Positions 12,605 through 26,720 of a DNA stretch of 64,000 nucleotides are shown here, in pieces. Position numbers and translations under genes: made by a program. Source of the DNA: Octopus sinensis (Eukaryota); contig NC_043017.1 in assembly GCF_006345805.1 (NCBI RefSeq), forward strand, positions 7,936,001-8,000,000, written 5' to 3'. The notes below the pieces were generated by a model. That model had not been told where the DNA came from. It did no database searches and worked only from the letters and a program-made list of their open reading frames with translations. The number at the start of each line of letters is the position of its first letter. Positions within the stretch are counted from its first letter, which is position 1.

Positions 12605-12828
12605 GAGAGAGCGTAATTTATTTATTCATTTGTTTGTTTATTTTTCCATCTTAGAATAGGTCAAACCAAAACATATTGTTGAGACACTGGGTGCCCTTTC
12701 ATCACCAATTTGTACCTGTTTTTCAGAAGGAATTATTTATTCCACTCAGCTTCAAAGGTGGAGAGTTAGAGCACAATTTTGTGGACAGGGACTACCAATA
12801 AACATTACTGTTTTTTTTAGCTCAGCAC

Positions 12829-12886
<58 letters not shown>

Positions 12887-13960
12887 CTATCTATCACTTC
12901 CATTCACAAGGTATTAGTTGGCCTGAGGCTACAGTAGAAGACACTTGTCCAAGATGCCACAATGCTATGCAGTGAAGTAGAACTGAAGATCACATGATAA
13001 CAAAGTATCCACACAGTGATACATATGTAATAAAACTCTTTCACATATACTCAGCCACACAAACACACTCACATACATATATGAACATGCAAAGGTCAAA
13101 AGTCTTTGTGTATGTATGTTTGTTGTTGTGTATCTAGACAAAAACAATCACTATAGATGTGGGCGTGTAAACAGTATTATTTATGCTGATTTGTCAGTGT
13201 ACTGAAGAAGTTTGTTTCAAAACTGCTTGTTTCCCAATTTGCTCCCACTGAGCCGTACCTTGGACAAATGTCATTTTACCACAGCTTAGAGTTGACCAAT
13301 GACTTGTGAGTAGAATTTGGTAGGTGGAAACTGTGCAGAAACCTGTCATGTATATAAACATGTATATAAATATATGTGTGGACACAAGCATGGCTACATG
13401 GTCAAGGACTTTGCTTTGCAACCACAAGATCCTGGGTTTGATCTCATTGCATAGCATCTTGAGTAAAAGTCTACCATAGCTTCAAGTTAGATCAAACCAT
13501 GTGAGTGAAATTGGGTTGGCTGAAATTGTTTAGATGCGCATTAAATGGATTGTAGCTGTATTTCAAAGGTTCAGCTTTCTCATATTATATTACACTGATT
13601 CAACCTGAAAATTATATCAAGGGTTCATGAGTCTGCATACTAGTTCAATAAGTAGATCATCAGTTGGTCAAACAACTGAACATTCGTATGTTGAAATTGA
13701 AGGAGTCCTTTTTGTATATCTGTATCTTTCCTGGATGCATATGACCTCTGTAATACAAAGTGCTCAACTCTGAAGTAGAACTACATTCACCTTATTATTA
13801 ATAATTTCTAATTTAGGTACAAAGCCAGCAATTTTGAAGGGAGAGGTATAGCTGATTATATTGACGCCAGTATTTGATCAATAAAATGAACCACCCAACA
13901 ACAAAAATGTAAGCTTACATCACAGTTACTTGTAATCTTGTCTTACTGAGATTACAAAAA

Positions 13961-14460
13961 TATATGGACAGGATGAGGAATGAGAAGGTGCGAAGGCAAG
14001 CAAGAATGAGAGAAAAACTAACAACCAAAATGGATAGGCCAATGTTGAGGTGGTTTGGCCATATGGAAAGGAAGGACGAGGAGTGGATGGTAAGGAGGGT
14101 GATGAAGGCAGAAATGGTAGGCAGCAGAACCAGAGGCAGACCTCGGTTTGTGTTGATGGCTTGAGTGAAGAAAGCTTTAGTGGTTAGAAGTTTTGGAGTA
14201 AGAGGGGCAAGAGAGTCTATAAATGATAGGAAAGCTTGGAGAGTGTTTGTGAACGGAGGAATGAATTTGATGTTGCTCAAAGGGGTACGGAACCAGTATG
14301 ATGCAGCGAGGGTAAACCAGCATATGCAGTTGGGCCCCACTACTGATATTGAGAGTTGCATTCTATGTCTTGACCTGAGCATAGGATGGGGCTCACCTCT
14401 TTGAGCTGGGAAATGAATGGAATGCCTGGTGTGTCTTGTGGCTACCCAGTCCTAAAAAAA
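13961..14460 (+). mobile_element. RTE-clade LINE 3' fragment (end of ORF2 plus 3'UTR)
   Basis: DRMRNEKVRRQ...LRWFGHMERKDEEWMVRRVMKAEMVGSRTRGRPR...*VKKAL...NDRKAWR shows the typical RTE ORF2 C-terminal motifs (LRWFGH, R.RGRPR, DR..WR). Contains an internal stop. Confidence 0.88.
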
Positions 14461-17199
14461 TGGGGAATAGGCCTGGGTATATGTATATGTACAAATATTC
14501 TGAGCTAATGAAAGAACTTCTACATGGTTGTTCAATCAGTTTGAGACGGCAGACAAATCTCCTTCAAACCATACCCTACCATCTTAAAAAAAGATACATT
14601 GAATAATGTAGTTCAGAATATACTATAATTGAAATAGAAAAAGATATAATGAAAAAAGAGGAAATGGCCATGATTTGAATGCCTTTATCATGGGTCTGCT
14701 TGATAAGAGCTGACATGGGGCCAAACAACTTCAACTATCAAGAGTTGACTATGTGGTCACTATTAGGTCAGCAGTTCAAGAACCTGAGATACTCATCGAT
14801 TCTCATTCATCTTCCAACTAATTACATTAATTTAGTAGTTTTTGAGTGACTAATTAATGCAGAAGTCAATTGTATGCATGTGTGTAGTAGATATTTGTCT
14901 TGTAAGTGACTGAGACTAATTATCTTGTCCTAATGAATAGCACTTAATGAGGAAGGGAGATGGAGGTGTTGTGACATTTTTGCATTTTCCAGCGCTTAAG
15001 GACTTTGGGAATCAAACTTGGTTGCAGACTTGGGTTACTAAACATTTACTATCCTACTGCAGCATCTAAGGAGAGTGGTAGTGGCAGTGGCAGTAGTAGT
15101 GGTGATGGCACAAGGCCAAGAATTTGTAGGAGACTGAATATAGTTGATTGAATCATCTGTAGTTTTTGAGTGGTACTTGTTTTAATAACTCAGGATGGAT
15201 GAAAGGTAAAAACTAACCTCAGTGGGATTTAAATTCAGTATAAAAATGGACAAAACTTGTTGCTGAGTGAATTTAGCAGAGTTCATTCTGTCACAAACAT
15301 TAAAGGCCAGGTCTTTCACCAGTCTTGGAGGCTCCGGAAAAGGTCATGAACAGTACCATTCCTCTGACTAAGTCATAAAAAACAGAATTATACCACAGCT
15401 ACTGAAAGCCACTTAATTCAGTTGCTCTACTCTTTATGCCAATTCACTGCCTTTCTATTACTCGACTACTTTGGCAATGATATTGATGATGATTATTATT
15501 TTTATACAAGGCCACATATTTATAAGGAAGAAATATATTTGATTAAATTTCATCCTTACTGAAAATTTAATGGGATGTAACTAAATGTCATATAAGATTT
15601 AGTCTAATATTAATAGCCTCAATAATAATAATTTATAATATTAGCATTGGAGGTTAGACATTTTGAGAGATGGGTTCATTGGATTATATTAACCCTTTTA
15701 CTTAATTAATGCTTACTTATAAACTCTTTAAAACTGTTTTTCAATATTTCATTCATAGAAGAAGGGCAGTGCTATGACCTTTATTCAGAATTTCCAAAAC
15801 TAGAAACATGAGAGGAAGAATCTAGAGCTCATGAGTAATCCACTGACTGGAAACATGGTGTGAATGCTTGCAATTGAGTGGACTCTGTTAAAGCCCTCCA
15901 AAGTCCAAATGGTTGAATGGACAACAGTCCATCCAACTCACTGTCACACTGTTTCCATCTATCTCATTTCATACACAAAGCTTGAATAAACATGAGGTTG
16001 TTGTTAACAAAGACTTTTACCCAAGGTGTTGTACAGTGCTTTTAAACCAGTGACAACATGGTGGTGACACAAACCTCTTAACTACACAACCATGAATGTA
16101 CCCATTAAGAAGATGAAAGTCCAAATTACCCCTAGTGGGATTTGATCCTTACAAGACCATAGCCAAGAATCTGATGGCAGACAGTGGTGCTATGATTGCA
16201 GATAAACTTGAGAGATAAATGGTGGAATGGGAAATGTGACATAATATGATGGCGGCAGTTGTGGTGGTGGTATGAGTGTATGTATGAGCATGATAGTGGT
16301 AGTGGTGGTGGTATGAGTGTATGTATGTCCGTGATACAAAGTTTGAGGGAAAGAGGTATATATTTAACTAAATCAAGTCCAGTATTTCAATAATACTGAT
16401 TTTATTGACCACCCCTAAAACTTCCCTTCTCAAAAGATAAAAAGAAAATTTTATTCCAGTGGGATTTGAATTCAACATGATGTCTCAGCCAAATATCACA
16501 AGGATATATGAAATATACCATTAAGGGACAAGAAACAATCAAAATATTTTGAACAGTCTACATTGTACAAATTACAAATAAAAATAAAATGTTTTGTAAC
16601 ATAGGCCCATGGCCACATTTTGGGGACAGGGGTATAGTTAATTCACTCAATCTCAGTTCTTGACTGATGTGTATTTACCCTCAGAAGAATTAAGGCAATG
16701 ACAATTTAGCAAGATTTGAATTTGGAACATAAATGCAACTAAATAACACATGTAATTTTTATTGATGCTCTATTGATTCTGCCAATCTACTGATATACAG
16801 ATAATGGTTTCTAATCAGGTACAAAACCAGCAATTTTGAAGAGTTAATACTATCAACTCCACTACTTGACTGATACTTTATCAATCCCAGAAGGATGAAA
16901 GGCAATGTTAACTGCAGTGGGATAGCTGTATAGTTAAGGAGTTTGCTTTGAAACCATGTAGCTCAATCTCACTGTGCAGTATCTTGGGCAAGTTTCTTCG
17001 TGATTACTGGCTGACCAGTACTTATGAATGGAATTTGATAGACAGATACTATATGGATGTGTGTGAGCGTGTGTCACTGATATATATTTGTAAAGATACA
17101 AAAGAAGAGTAAGAAACTGAAAAACTTGTAACACCACTTTGTCATTATTCTTGCCATCAAAGATGCAGTGGATTAGTGATTAAGCTATTTCATCAAATA

Positions 17200-17455
17200 A
17201 GGATCAAAGTTCCTCCTTCAGACATTGGCTCATAAGGCCAATTTCCTGGATTCTGTGGTGTATATATTTCCTCCCTGGACAGAACGCCAGTCCATCACGG
17301 GAGTACTCATTTATGCCAGCTGAGTGGACTGAAACAATGTGAAATGAAGTGTTTTGCTCAAGAACACAAATGCATCACCCAATCCAGGAATTGAAACCAC
17401 AATCTTATGATCATGAGTGCAACACCTTAATCACTAAGCAATGTGCCTCCACAAC
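17200..17455 (-). mobile_element. tRNA-type SINE family C with conserved central domain
   Basis: Minus strand ggaggcacattgcttagtgattaagg...ggtttcaattcctgg...tgtgttcttgagcaaaacacttc...tccactcagctggcataaatgagtac: a tRNA-like head followed by a tgtgtccttgagcaag/ccactcagctg core. Confidence 0.75.
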
Positions 17456-18451
17456 CTATTCATACCTGTAACCATTGACTCTTTTGTTCACAAAACTAAA
17501 CAATTCCTTTTAGTACAGAGACATTAAAAAAATATTTTCAGAAGTCTCTTTCATATTGTAATTTAAACAACAAAGGACACCTGACTGAAGGCATTTTATT
17601 TCTAATGAAGTCATGTTTCTATATTAATGAATCCCAACAATTAAGGCAGAATTAGAGAGATTAGCTAACAGCAAAATCAAGTCAGTGAGCTGGTTTCAAT
17701 TCCTAGTTGATGTTATTTCACTTCACTTAACACTTATTTTTATATTTTTAAAATCTTTTGTTTTTATTCAACATCTTTCATTCTTCTTCATTCTTCATCT
17801 TAATTTGTCTTCTTTCATTCTTCATCTTTTTTCTTCCTCTTTATCTTTTTTTCCTTTCTGTTTCTGCTTCTTCTTTGCCTTCCACTTCCTTCCTTTCTCT
17901 TACTATCCACTTTCATTCTCTTTTCTTCTTTCTTTATCCCTTTCCTCTTTCTCTGTCCACCATTTCTTTCTTCCCTAATATCCCACAGTTGTCCTCATCA
18001 CAACACCCCTATCCACTTATCCTAGACACATTAGTAAATTACATTCTTTGCTAACAAGAACAAATATAATTAAAAACAGTGAAGTAAATAAAACAAGTTG
18101 CACAACTTAATGTTCCCTGAAGACTGTCTATGTGTGAGGTGTGTGGACACTCATTAGTTGTTAGTCCAGACACTACAACAACTACAGGTAGGACACTCAA
18201 TGTGGTCACTTGATCTGTTGGAAATAGTATCCAAATCTCCCTCAAATTACAACTAAATGTTTTGGAAAAAGAAAGAACACATTTCCTAGATGCAAAATGC
18301 CTATGAGAAGGATAGGTTAGCAACAAAAACAACTGTTCAATGAACTAATGATGGAGTCACTAACTGGGTTACTCATTTGGTCATATGTCTGAAATATGAC
18401 TTCTAGAAATATCAGTCGTCTTATCCTCTCCACATCACACCCAACTGTCTT

Positions 18452-18554
<103 letters not shown>

Positions 18555-18801
18555 TTGTCCTGGATATACTGAATCTGAAAAAAAGACAGATGATGATGGT
18601 TGAAATAAAAGATAGGATGATCACAGCAGTAAATAGATAATTCAATGTAGGATGGGATAGAGGATAGATCTAAGTATGGCATCACAGAACTTACTGTAAT
18701 TAACAGCAACTCAGTGGAATTGATAGAAGTTTTGTGACTCAATCAAGGTTTAACAACAGCCACAACAGGAAGTTATCTTTTAATATTAATTAACCAAATG
18801 A

Positions 18802-19309
18802 ATCATCATCATCATCATCATCATCGTTTAACGTCCGCTTTCCATGCTAGCATGGGTTGGACGGTTCAACTGGGGTCTGGGGAGCCCGAAAGCTGCACCA
18901 GTCCAGTCAGATCTGGCAGGTTTCTACAGCTGGATGCCCTTCCTAACGCCAACCACTCCGAGAGTGTAGTGGGTGATTTTATGTGCCACCGACACAGGTG
19001 CCAGACGAGGCTGGCAAACGGCCACGCTCGGATGGTGTTTTTATGTGCCACCGACACAGGTGCCAGACGAGGCTGGCAGACGGCCACGCTCGGATGGTGT
19101 TTTTATGTGCCACCGACACAGGTGCCAGACGAGGCTGGCAGACGGCCACGCTCGGATGGTGTTTTTATGTGCCACCGACACAGGTGCCAGACGAGGCTGG
19201 CAGACGGCCACGCTCGGATGGTGTTTTTATGTGCCACCGACACAGGTGCCAGATGAGGCTGGCAAACGGCCACGATCGGATGGTGCTTGTTACGTGCCCA
19301 CAGCACGGA
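18802..19309 (-). mobile_element. (GAT)n-tailed retroposon, copy 3, five near-perfect 62-bp units
   Basis: Units atgtgccaccgacacaggtgccagacgaggctggcagacggccacgctcggatggtgttttt start at 18981, 19043, 19105, 19167 and 19229. (CAT)n tract at 18802-18824. Confidence 0.87.
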
Positions 19310-20486
19310 TTATTGAAATTAACAAATCTGTTTCATAGATTAGGCTCCTTTAGTTATCAAGTTTCTGTCTATTGCAACTCTCTCAGATGGTCAAAACAGG
19401 CTTGTGAAGTGGCTGATGGCACTTGGCATAGTATTCCCTCTTTCAATACTTTGTTTTTTTAAACAGTTGATTGATATGTTGTGATTGCTGGTGTTTAGCC
19501 CCAGGTCTGTATCGTTTGGTTTCTAATCTACTGCGGCCTGATCTTCATACTTTTGGACACTGCAATTAATCCTAGATGCCTCCCAGTCATTTAAGAGTAG
19601 AAATGCCGAGTTGATACATTATTAAACTCCAAGCTAGGAAATTGATGGTTCATATCCTAGCACGGCGTTGAGTTCTTGACTAAAACATTTAGCTCTCAAT
19701 TCCATATTCTACCTAGCTATAAGTAAATACCACAGTTTATCAAATGGTATGTACTACAATGTAACACAGTGATTTATAGTGCATCTAACTGATAATATAT
19801 GCCATTGTGTATTATAGTGAGGTGCAGTCTACCTAGCTGAAGTAGGTGCCACAGTGTAATACTAAGAAAAACAGTTTATTGAGCTGTAAGTATGCACTTC
19901 ACTATACAACAGTGATGTACAGAGTCTAGCTAGATGTGAGTAGGTACCACGGTGAGGGCACAGTGCACTTTTCTGTTATAGTTAACACAGTTGGTATCAC
20001 TTATCAAGTTAAACAATAGCAACTACATTGATTGATGAATGATTTGTGGAACTTGAAAGTGCTGAATGGAATTCCATGTAGGGAACATTATAAGTTGCTG
20101 TTTGTAATAGAGTTTTTATCCAGAAAGATATTTGTCGCTTCTCCATTGAATGCTATAGAAACCAAAACACTGTCCATGTGGATCCTTGTAATTTGGAAGA
20201 AGCATTTGCCAGCTAACAGTTTTCATAGCTGTTAGGGAATAAAAACCAAATTTGAGAGAATCACTGAGATAGTGAGGTGTGAAATGGAGATAGATTTCTC
20301 GCCAACTTAATACTTCTACATAGTTTATAGATTACACCAAAGAAACAAGTCATTTATTTGATGAAAAAAGAGGGTCAAAAGAAAGTTATGGTGATCTGCT
20401 TCAGGAGAAATTGTATAGCGAGATTCATGAGCTTGGATAAATTTGTAATGAGGAAAAGAAGAATCTGATGTTTGGGACTAACCCTT

Positions 20487-20558
<72 letters not shown>

Positions 20559-21934
20559 GTAGAGATGTTTCTTCAACTTGACTATCAAGCCCCAAACTTC
20601 GGAAATGGAGTTTACTTTGTCTTTTATACATAGTTTATAATAGTCTCTGCTCCTCTGACATGGCTAACTCTACTCTGTATCTATCTACTGTATCTAAACA
20701 CTTTTAGTGTGTTGTTTATTTGATTTATTCCTATTATACTTTCTGTCTAATCTATAAGTCACATATTTATCCTTTACATGGTTGATCAACTTGTTAGAAA
20801 TGCTAGCTAAATCTTGCTTAAATTACACCCCACCATCCTTAAAAAGGAAAGGCACATTGGATAATAGGGTCCTATGTGTATTGTGTCTGGGAAAAGATTA
20901 AGTAGTCTCATCTAAAACACCTTTGACAACAAATTTGATGGATCAAGTTCACCTGCGGTGATACAAGTGTTTCATCTATCAGACTCTTTACAAAAGTGTA
21001 ATAAGTTAGTTGCTGTAAAGAATAGCAAAAGCTAATGTTTTGGACAGAACTTTTCATCAGAGGGGAAGAGGGAGGAAGGGTTTTTTTGAGGGTACCAAAT
21101 AATTAGAATTAGTTATGTCAGAAAACATAACTCTTCAATGAAGGGCTCTGTTAGACTTTCATTTAATGCATTTGTGAATTTTTATAATTACCAATTTCTT
21201 TGGATTCAACTGGGTTTTGGCACTAAACATTTGTCCTGATCCTTCCACTCCCAAAATTCATTGCTGGTAAACTGCTTAATTCAAACTGAACTTCAGTAAA
21301 TTATAACTAGCTATCATAGAAAACAAAAACATAAAATCCTGTCTTCTAATCTTTCCACTGTTAACTGAGAGTGGAACTTACTTTAATAATTTCCTTCAGG
21401 GCTAAGCAGTTTAATGTAACTTTTCTCAGGACACTAATCAGTGCATTACACAAAGATTGAACTCAAAAGATTACTATTAGATTCAGATATATTTTCTACG
21501 CCCATTGTTCCTGTGTCTTTTATACTTCTGATAAAAGAATTATTCTTAGAATCTTTCAATTTGTACTTTCTTTTATTTTCACATTCTTACAAAATCAATC
21601 AATTTAGTTAATTTAAATTAGATCTTGTTTTTAAAAGTCTAATGAGCTTGTAATTAAAATTACAATATTTTTAATGGTAAATATATTCTGTTAAACATAC
21701 ACGCATATACATACATACACACATACATATAATATAGCCATTTATAAAATGATCTGTGTGTGTGTGTAAGGCATGGCTATGTAGTTAAGAAGTTTGTTTC
21801 TTTATCAAGTAGTTTCAGGTTCAATTCTACTGCATGGCACCTTCAGCAAGTGTCTTCTACTACAGCCCAAGACTGATCAAAGATTTGTGAATGGATATGG
21901 TAGACAGAAATTGAAAGTAGCCCATCATATGTGT

Positions 21935-21973
<39 letters not shown>

Positions 21974-22376
21974 TGTGTGCACATACATGTCCGTTTGTTT
22001 ACATTTGCACTTCTCTAAAAATGCTGAGCGACAAATGGTGACATTTTTGACATTTCCCCTGGATAAGGGTTAACAACAAGGTGGATATCCAGTAGTAAAA
22101 CAATGCCTCAATAATATATTTACCTAATCCATGCTAGCATGAAACTGTGGACACAGAAATGAATGAATAAACAATGTGTGTGTGTGTGTATGTTTGTTTG
22201 TGTGTGTGTGTTGTGTGTGTGTGTGTGCATGCATGTGTGTGAAAGAAATTGTACAGAATTCAGGTTTATTGGGAAACTTGCTTCCATTTTCCAATAATAA
22301 TAACTTTGGTTATTTAATGGACTCACCCTGTACCTGCCCTATTTATATATATATATATAAAATTTTATCCTATATC

Positions 22377-22433
<57 letters not shown>

Positions 22434-23955
22434 CGGTTATCAACTTGTATTGCAAGATTTCTTTTTTTTTACCAAATAAACTCACGCAATATATATTTTA
22501 CCGTCACTCATTTATTGCTGTTCTTATTTTATTATTTTAACTCATGTCCATTGTCTAGAAATCTTTCGTCACACATCTGTGACCTTTTCAAAGACACTTT
22601 TAATTTTTGTGTGTGTTCTTGCTCCACTTGCTCCATTCTGTTCTTCTAAAAAAATGTATAGTGTGTGTGTTTATTTGGCAAAAAAAAAAATGACCACCCT
22701 GAAATACAATATATATATATAATCTTTTAATAAAAAACCACAGATCTTGTAAATACAGCTACCTGAGGTTTCCTGGTCAAAGTAATAATTTAATTTGCCA
22801 ATTACTAAGCTGAAAACAAGACCATTAGTCAGTTGTCTTTTGAGCAGATAACATTTAAACAAGTGATGCTAGTAAAGAAACAAAGAGGAAAAAAAACAAA
22901 AACAAAAAGGAGATAACCAATGTTACAACTATTCAATGTCAAGCAGACGTAAACAAGATGTTAATGCTTTACTGAGTGTCCAGTGGCCTACTTTTAAATT
23001 TCAACAACATGTATTTCTTTAAATGTGGAAATACAGAAAAGTTTGTTTTCTTTGAAATTATGCATTTGTTGGAGGCTCTCAAATTTTTTAAGAGATACAT
23101 TTTATGGGCCTGTTAATATAGGGTCTGGATTTGGAGAGGATTTTCAAAACTGGTCCCTTCATCTTTAAGTTTCCAGATTAAAGCTGAAAGGGTTGTTTAA
23201 TGTCTCTTATCATGGTACCTAAAATTCGAAAGATGGTTGTTATATATGGATTTAACCTGAAAGGAAATTCATTGCAGTTAATATGGAGAAAAAATCCACT
23301 CTTATGGTAAAAAGTATAAAAACACCATATCTGCCCCACACTTCTGGTAATCTGCTAGAGGGAAGTAATGGGCAGATATGGTATTTTTACACCTTTTACT
23401 ATAAGAGAGAATTTTTTCTTTGTGGTAACTGCAGTGAATTTGTATTTAGAAGTAAAAATATGTCACAAACTTATTTTAACTAACTTAAATTTCATATATA
23501 CATTATATGTATATACAAACTTACATAATACCTACAAACATATATGTGTGTATACATGTATAGGAAATACACACTTAAGGATATGCTACTAAGAATATAA
23601 TTTTGACACAGTGAAAATTCACAATTATTATTTGAGTATCAACTTTGTGTGTTTATATTTTTGCTCACCCTTGTTTTCCCAGCCAGTGTTGACTTGCAAC
23701 AATTTAAATAGTGCATTAATAGCATCAATCTCACTGATCTTGGGAGGAGGGGTTGCAAAGGTCATGGCCACTTCTGCTGGACTCAACAAGTGAAAAAAAA
23801 AACACAAAAAAAGATCAGTCACCCACCCCACAATATACTAATGAATAATTGATAGATATGCGGCAATGTGTATGCATGTCTATAAATTTTTGTTTATCTA
23901 TTTACCTACCTATCTATATTATATTACTTTCTCTCTCTCTCCCCTGCTCTCTCTC

Positions 23956-24004
<49 letters not shown>

Positions 24005-24024
24005 GTAGGTATGTGTATGTGTAA

Positions 24025-24055
<31 letters not shown>

Positions 24056-25059
24056 ATGATGAAAACACACACAGAGGAAGTTAGTGAAAGGCAGCTGTGA
24101 GCACATGTGCATGTCTGTTTGCATGCAAGTATGCTTGTGTGTGTATCTGTGTGTTAGTTTTATGTTCAGTCATCTGTAGTTTCTAATAGGTTGTTGCTTT
24201 TGTTTGAAGGAACAATTCTATGAGCAAATCATTCTCAGTTTGCTGCAACCAAATCATTAATTCTCACTCTATCACTTTATAAAAGTTATGTTGGATAATG
24301 TAATCCTGGGTAACCTGTACATAAGAAAAAGATGAGGTAGTCATGACCGGAATATTTCTCTCTTTCTTACTATTTTACACTCTCTCATACAACCATTCTC
24401 TTTCTCTCTTTAATGTTGGTTGACTTGTCTATGTAAGGTTAAAAAATGGTCTCAGCCAATCAGCAAAATATATATTGATAAATTATGTATCAGACATAAA
24501 TAAGTACTTGGTTCATTACGACCAACCAGAATAGCTGAAGTCCAATAACTAAAACCTGTGAAACAATTATTAAGAATATATACATATATATGCATGTCAG
24601 CATATGTATATGTAAATTTGTATGTATGCACATGTGTTTACACGCACATGCACACACACACAATATGTATTATCTGAACTAGATTACCTTCATTAAAAAA
24701 AAATTAAGTAATAACCAGCAACATGCAATACAATTTACATTAGTTATTAACAACTTTTTTTTTTGCTTTTAAAATTAGAAAAATACCGAAAAAAAAGAAG
24801 TCAAATCACTTTTAAAAGGAATATGATAAATGTAAATTTAAAAAAAAAGACAAACTACTCCCTCCTCTTCTACAAAAAAAAAATGAATTCTTGATGATGG
24901 ATATATATATTTTTTACTCTTAATTGATAGAGAAGCTGTACTCTATTAACTGTGTCTCTTATTACTTTATAGAAACCCTCACCTCACCCCACCCCATTTC
25001 CAGCTTTCATCTTTCTATTGGGTATCTGTTTTTGTGATATTTGTCCATTTGAGTATAAC

Positions 25060-25495
25060 CAATCAATCAATGAATCAATATTCATTTACCCTCACACTAA
25101 AGTGTCACTCAGCATTATTTCTACTCACTAAAATATCATTCATTTAATTTCTATTTATTAGCCTTCATGCTCATGTATCACTCACACATTCAGTCAATAT
25201 CTGTTTGCTCTCATACTCAAGAATCTCTCAGTCAATTTAATTATTTATTCTCACCCTCAAGTATCACTCAATCTTTTTTTCCCTCATAATCATGTGTCAC
25301 TCAACCAATCCATATTTATTTGCCCTTCCCAAAATCTCATTCAGTATTTATTTGCCTTCACCCTCAAGAGTTAATCAATGTTTATTTGCCCTTACACTGA
25401 AGTATTACTCACTTAATCAACCAATATTTCCCCTCACCCTCATGAATTACTCACTCACTTGATTAGTATGTATTTGTACTCACACTCAAGCATGA
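25060..25495. repeat. Degenerate ~40-bp minisatellite
   Basis: Recurring atttatttgccctcacactcaagtatcactca-like units. Confidence 0.6.
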
Positions 25496-25824
25496 TATTG
25501 GGCCAGTTAGCCAGTTGTTTGACTGTTTCTTAGTTCAGATATGTTTTACTCTATAGTACTGTTTGCAAGATTTAACCATTTGCGCTGTAACCTAAGATGA
25601 TAGAACATTAATTGATTGCATAGTGCTCTTGCTGCTTATAGCAATGGACTTTAGATGAATTGTCTTTGGTTCCTTTCCAGTTATGCAGTCTATACTGCTA
25701 ATGATACTTATTTAAAGCTGTGAGTTGTGTCTCTACAAGGTCACTAAAACTAACTCTATCTTTGTCACCACATGATAGATATTTTCAAACAATATGAACT
25801 ATGCTACATCATGGTTTCTATTTT

Positions 25825-26055
25825 CAGCTGGTTCTCAACCATTTTTAGCCTATGGCTCTCTTTCATTCCTATTTTAGTCTACTGGACTACCATAGCCATT
25901 CGATGTTTAAAAAAAAATCTCACTGTATTTTTGTAATAGAATATTACTAGTAATTGTATATCACAAACTATAAGCAATTTATTGCATGTAAATTTTAATA
26001 ACAAGATTTCATATGAACCCCCAAGGGCCATATGGACCCTGGTTGAGAAACACTG
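25825..26055. mobile_element. hAT-like MITE, same family as 6918-7250
   Basis: TIRs cagctggttctcaacca and tggttgagaaacactg. Internal tatgg...attcctatttt...ccatag and catatggaccctggttgag are shared with the 6918 copy. No TSD is discernible. Confidence 0.8.
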
Positions 26056-26159
26056 CTTTATATGATACCTATTTTTAGCTAATGTGAAATGTACCTTCAC
26101 ATGCACCCCCATGTATGTCAACATTACCCCCACATGGCCCTTGTGTTTAGTACTATCAA

Positions 26160-26720
26160 AAGTTAGTATGGTGCTGTAGTGTTCCAGAATATGATGAAGT
26201 GACTTGACTGCTACCAGTATATTGTATAGAACTGTAGTGACTAGTTTCAGAACATAGTATAATACTGTACTGACAAGTGTCAGAACATAGTTGTGTAGTA
26301 CTATAGTACCCAGTTCCAAAACATAACTAGTGCTGTAGTGACCATTATCAGAATATAGAGTATTGTTTCACTTTTGACACGTAATACCGAAACAGTGTAA
26401 GAGATAAGAGTTTGCTCCAGGCTTGCATTAGGCAAGAAGTTGAAAATGGTTTTGGCCCATGACACTCCTTGGACCCTAAGTAAGGCATGCGAAAAACTTG
26501 AATGAAATTGTTTGGATAGTTCTTGAGTTTTAGTGATGCACACATACAGACAGACACACATTCTCAGTTTTATATATATAGATTACCCTAGTGATTAGTT
26601 CCAGAACACAGTAATAATACTATAGGGAAGTACTATTAGACTATAGTAATAATACTATTGGATCAGTTCCAAAACAGTTTAGTACTGCAGTGACCAATTT
26701 CAGAACATGAATTAGCTTAT
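26160..26720. repeat. Degenerate ~39-bp minisatellite interrupted at about 26360-26585
   Basis: Recurring actgtagtgactagtttcagaacatagt-like units on both sides of an unrelated ~220-bp segment. Confidence 0.6.

Noticed and set aside
12338-12654. CV/HT/YI/ER/LLLL/IIII-rich ORFs here and at many other microsatellites
   Set aside because: Translations of simple repeats.
13915-14382. 155-aa minus-strand ORF
   Set aside because: Antisense shadow of the RTE ORF2 fragment on +.
18981-19290. Regular 62-bp direct repeats resembling a CRISPR array
   Set aside because: The units are contiguous with no unique spacers, no cas genes are present, and the context is a eukaryotic intron. This is a VNTR within a retroposon.
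18785-19325. Possible target-site duplication around retroposon copy 3 (tattaattaaccaaat / tattgaaattaacaaat)
   Set aside because: It needs several indels in AT-rich sequence while the element itself looks young, so it is not convincing.
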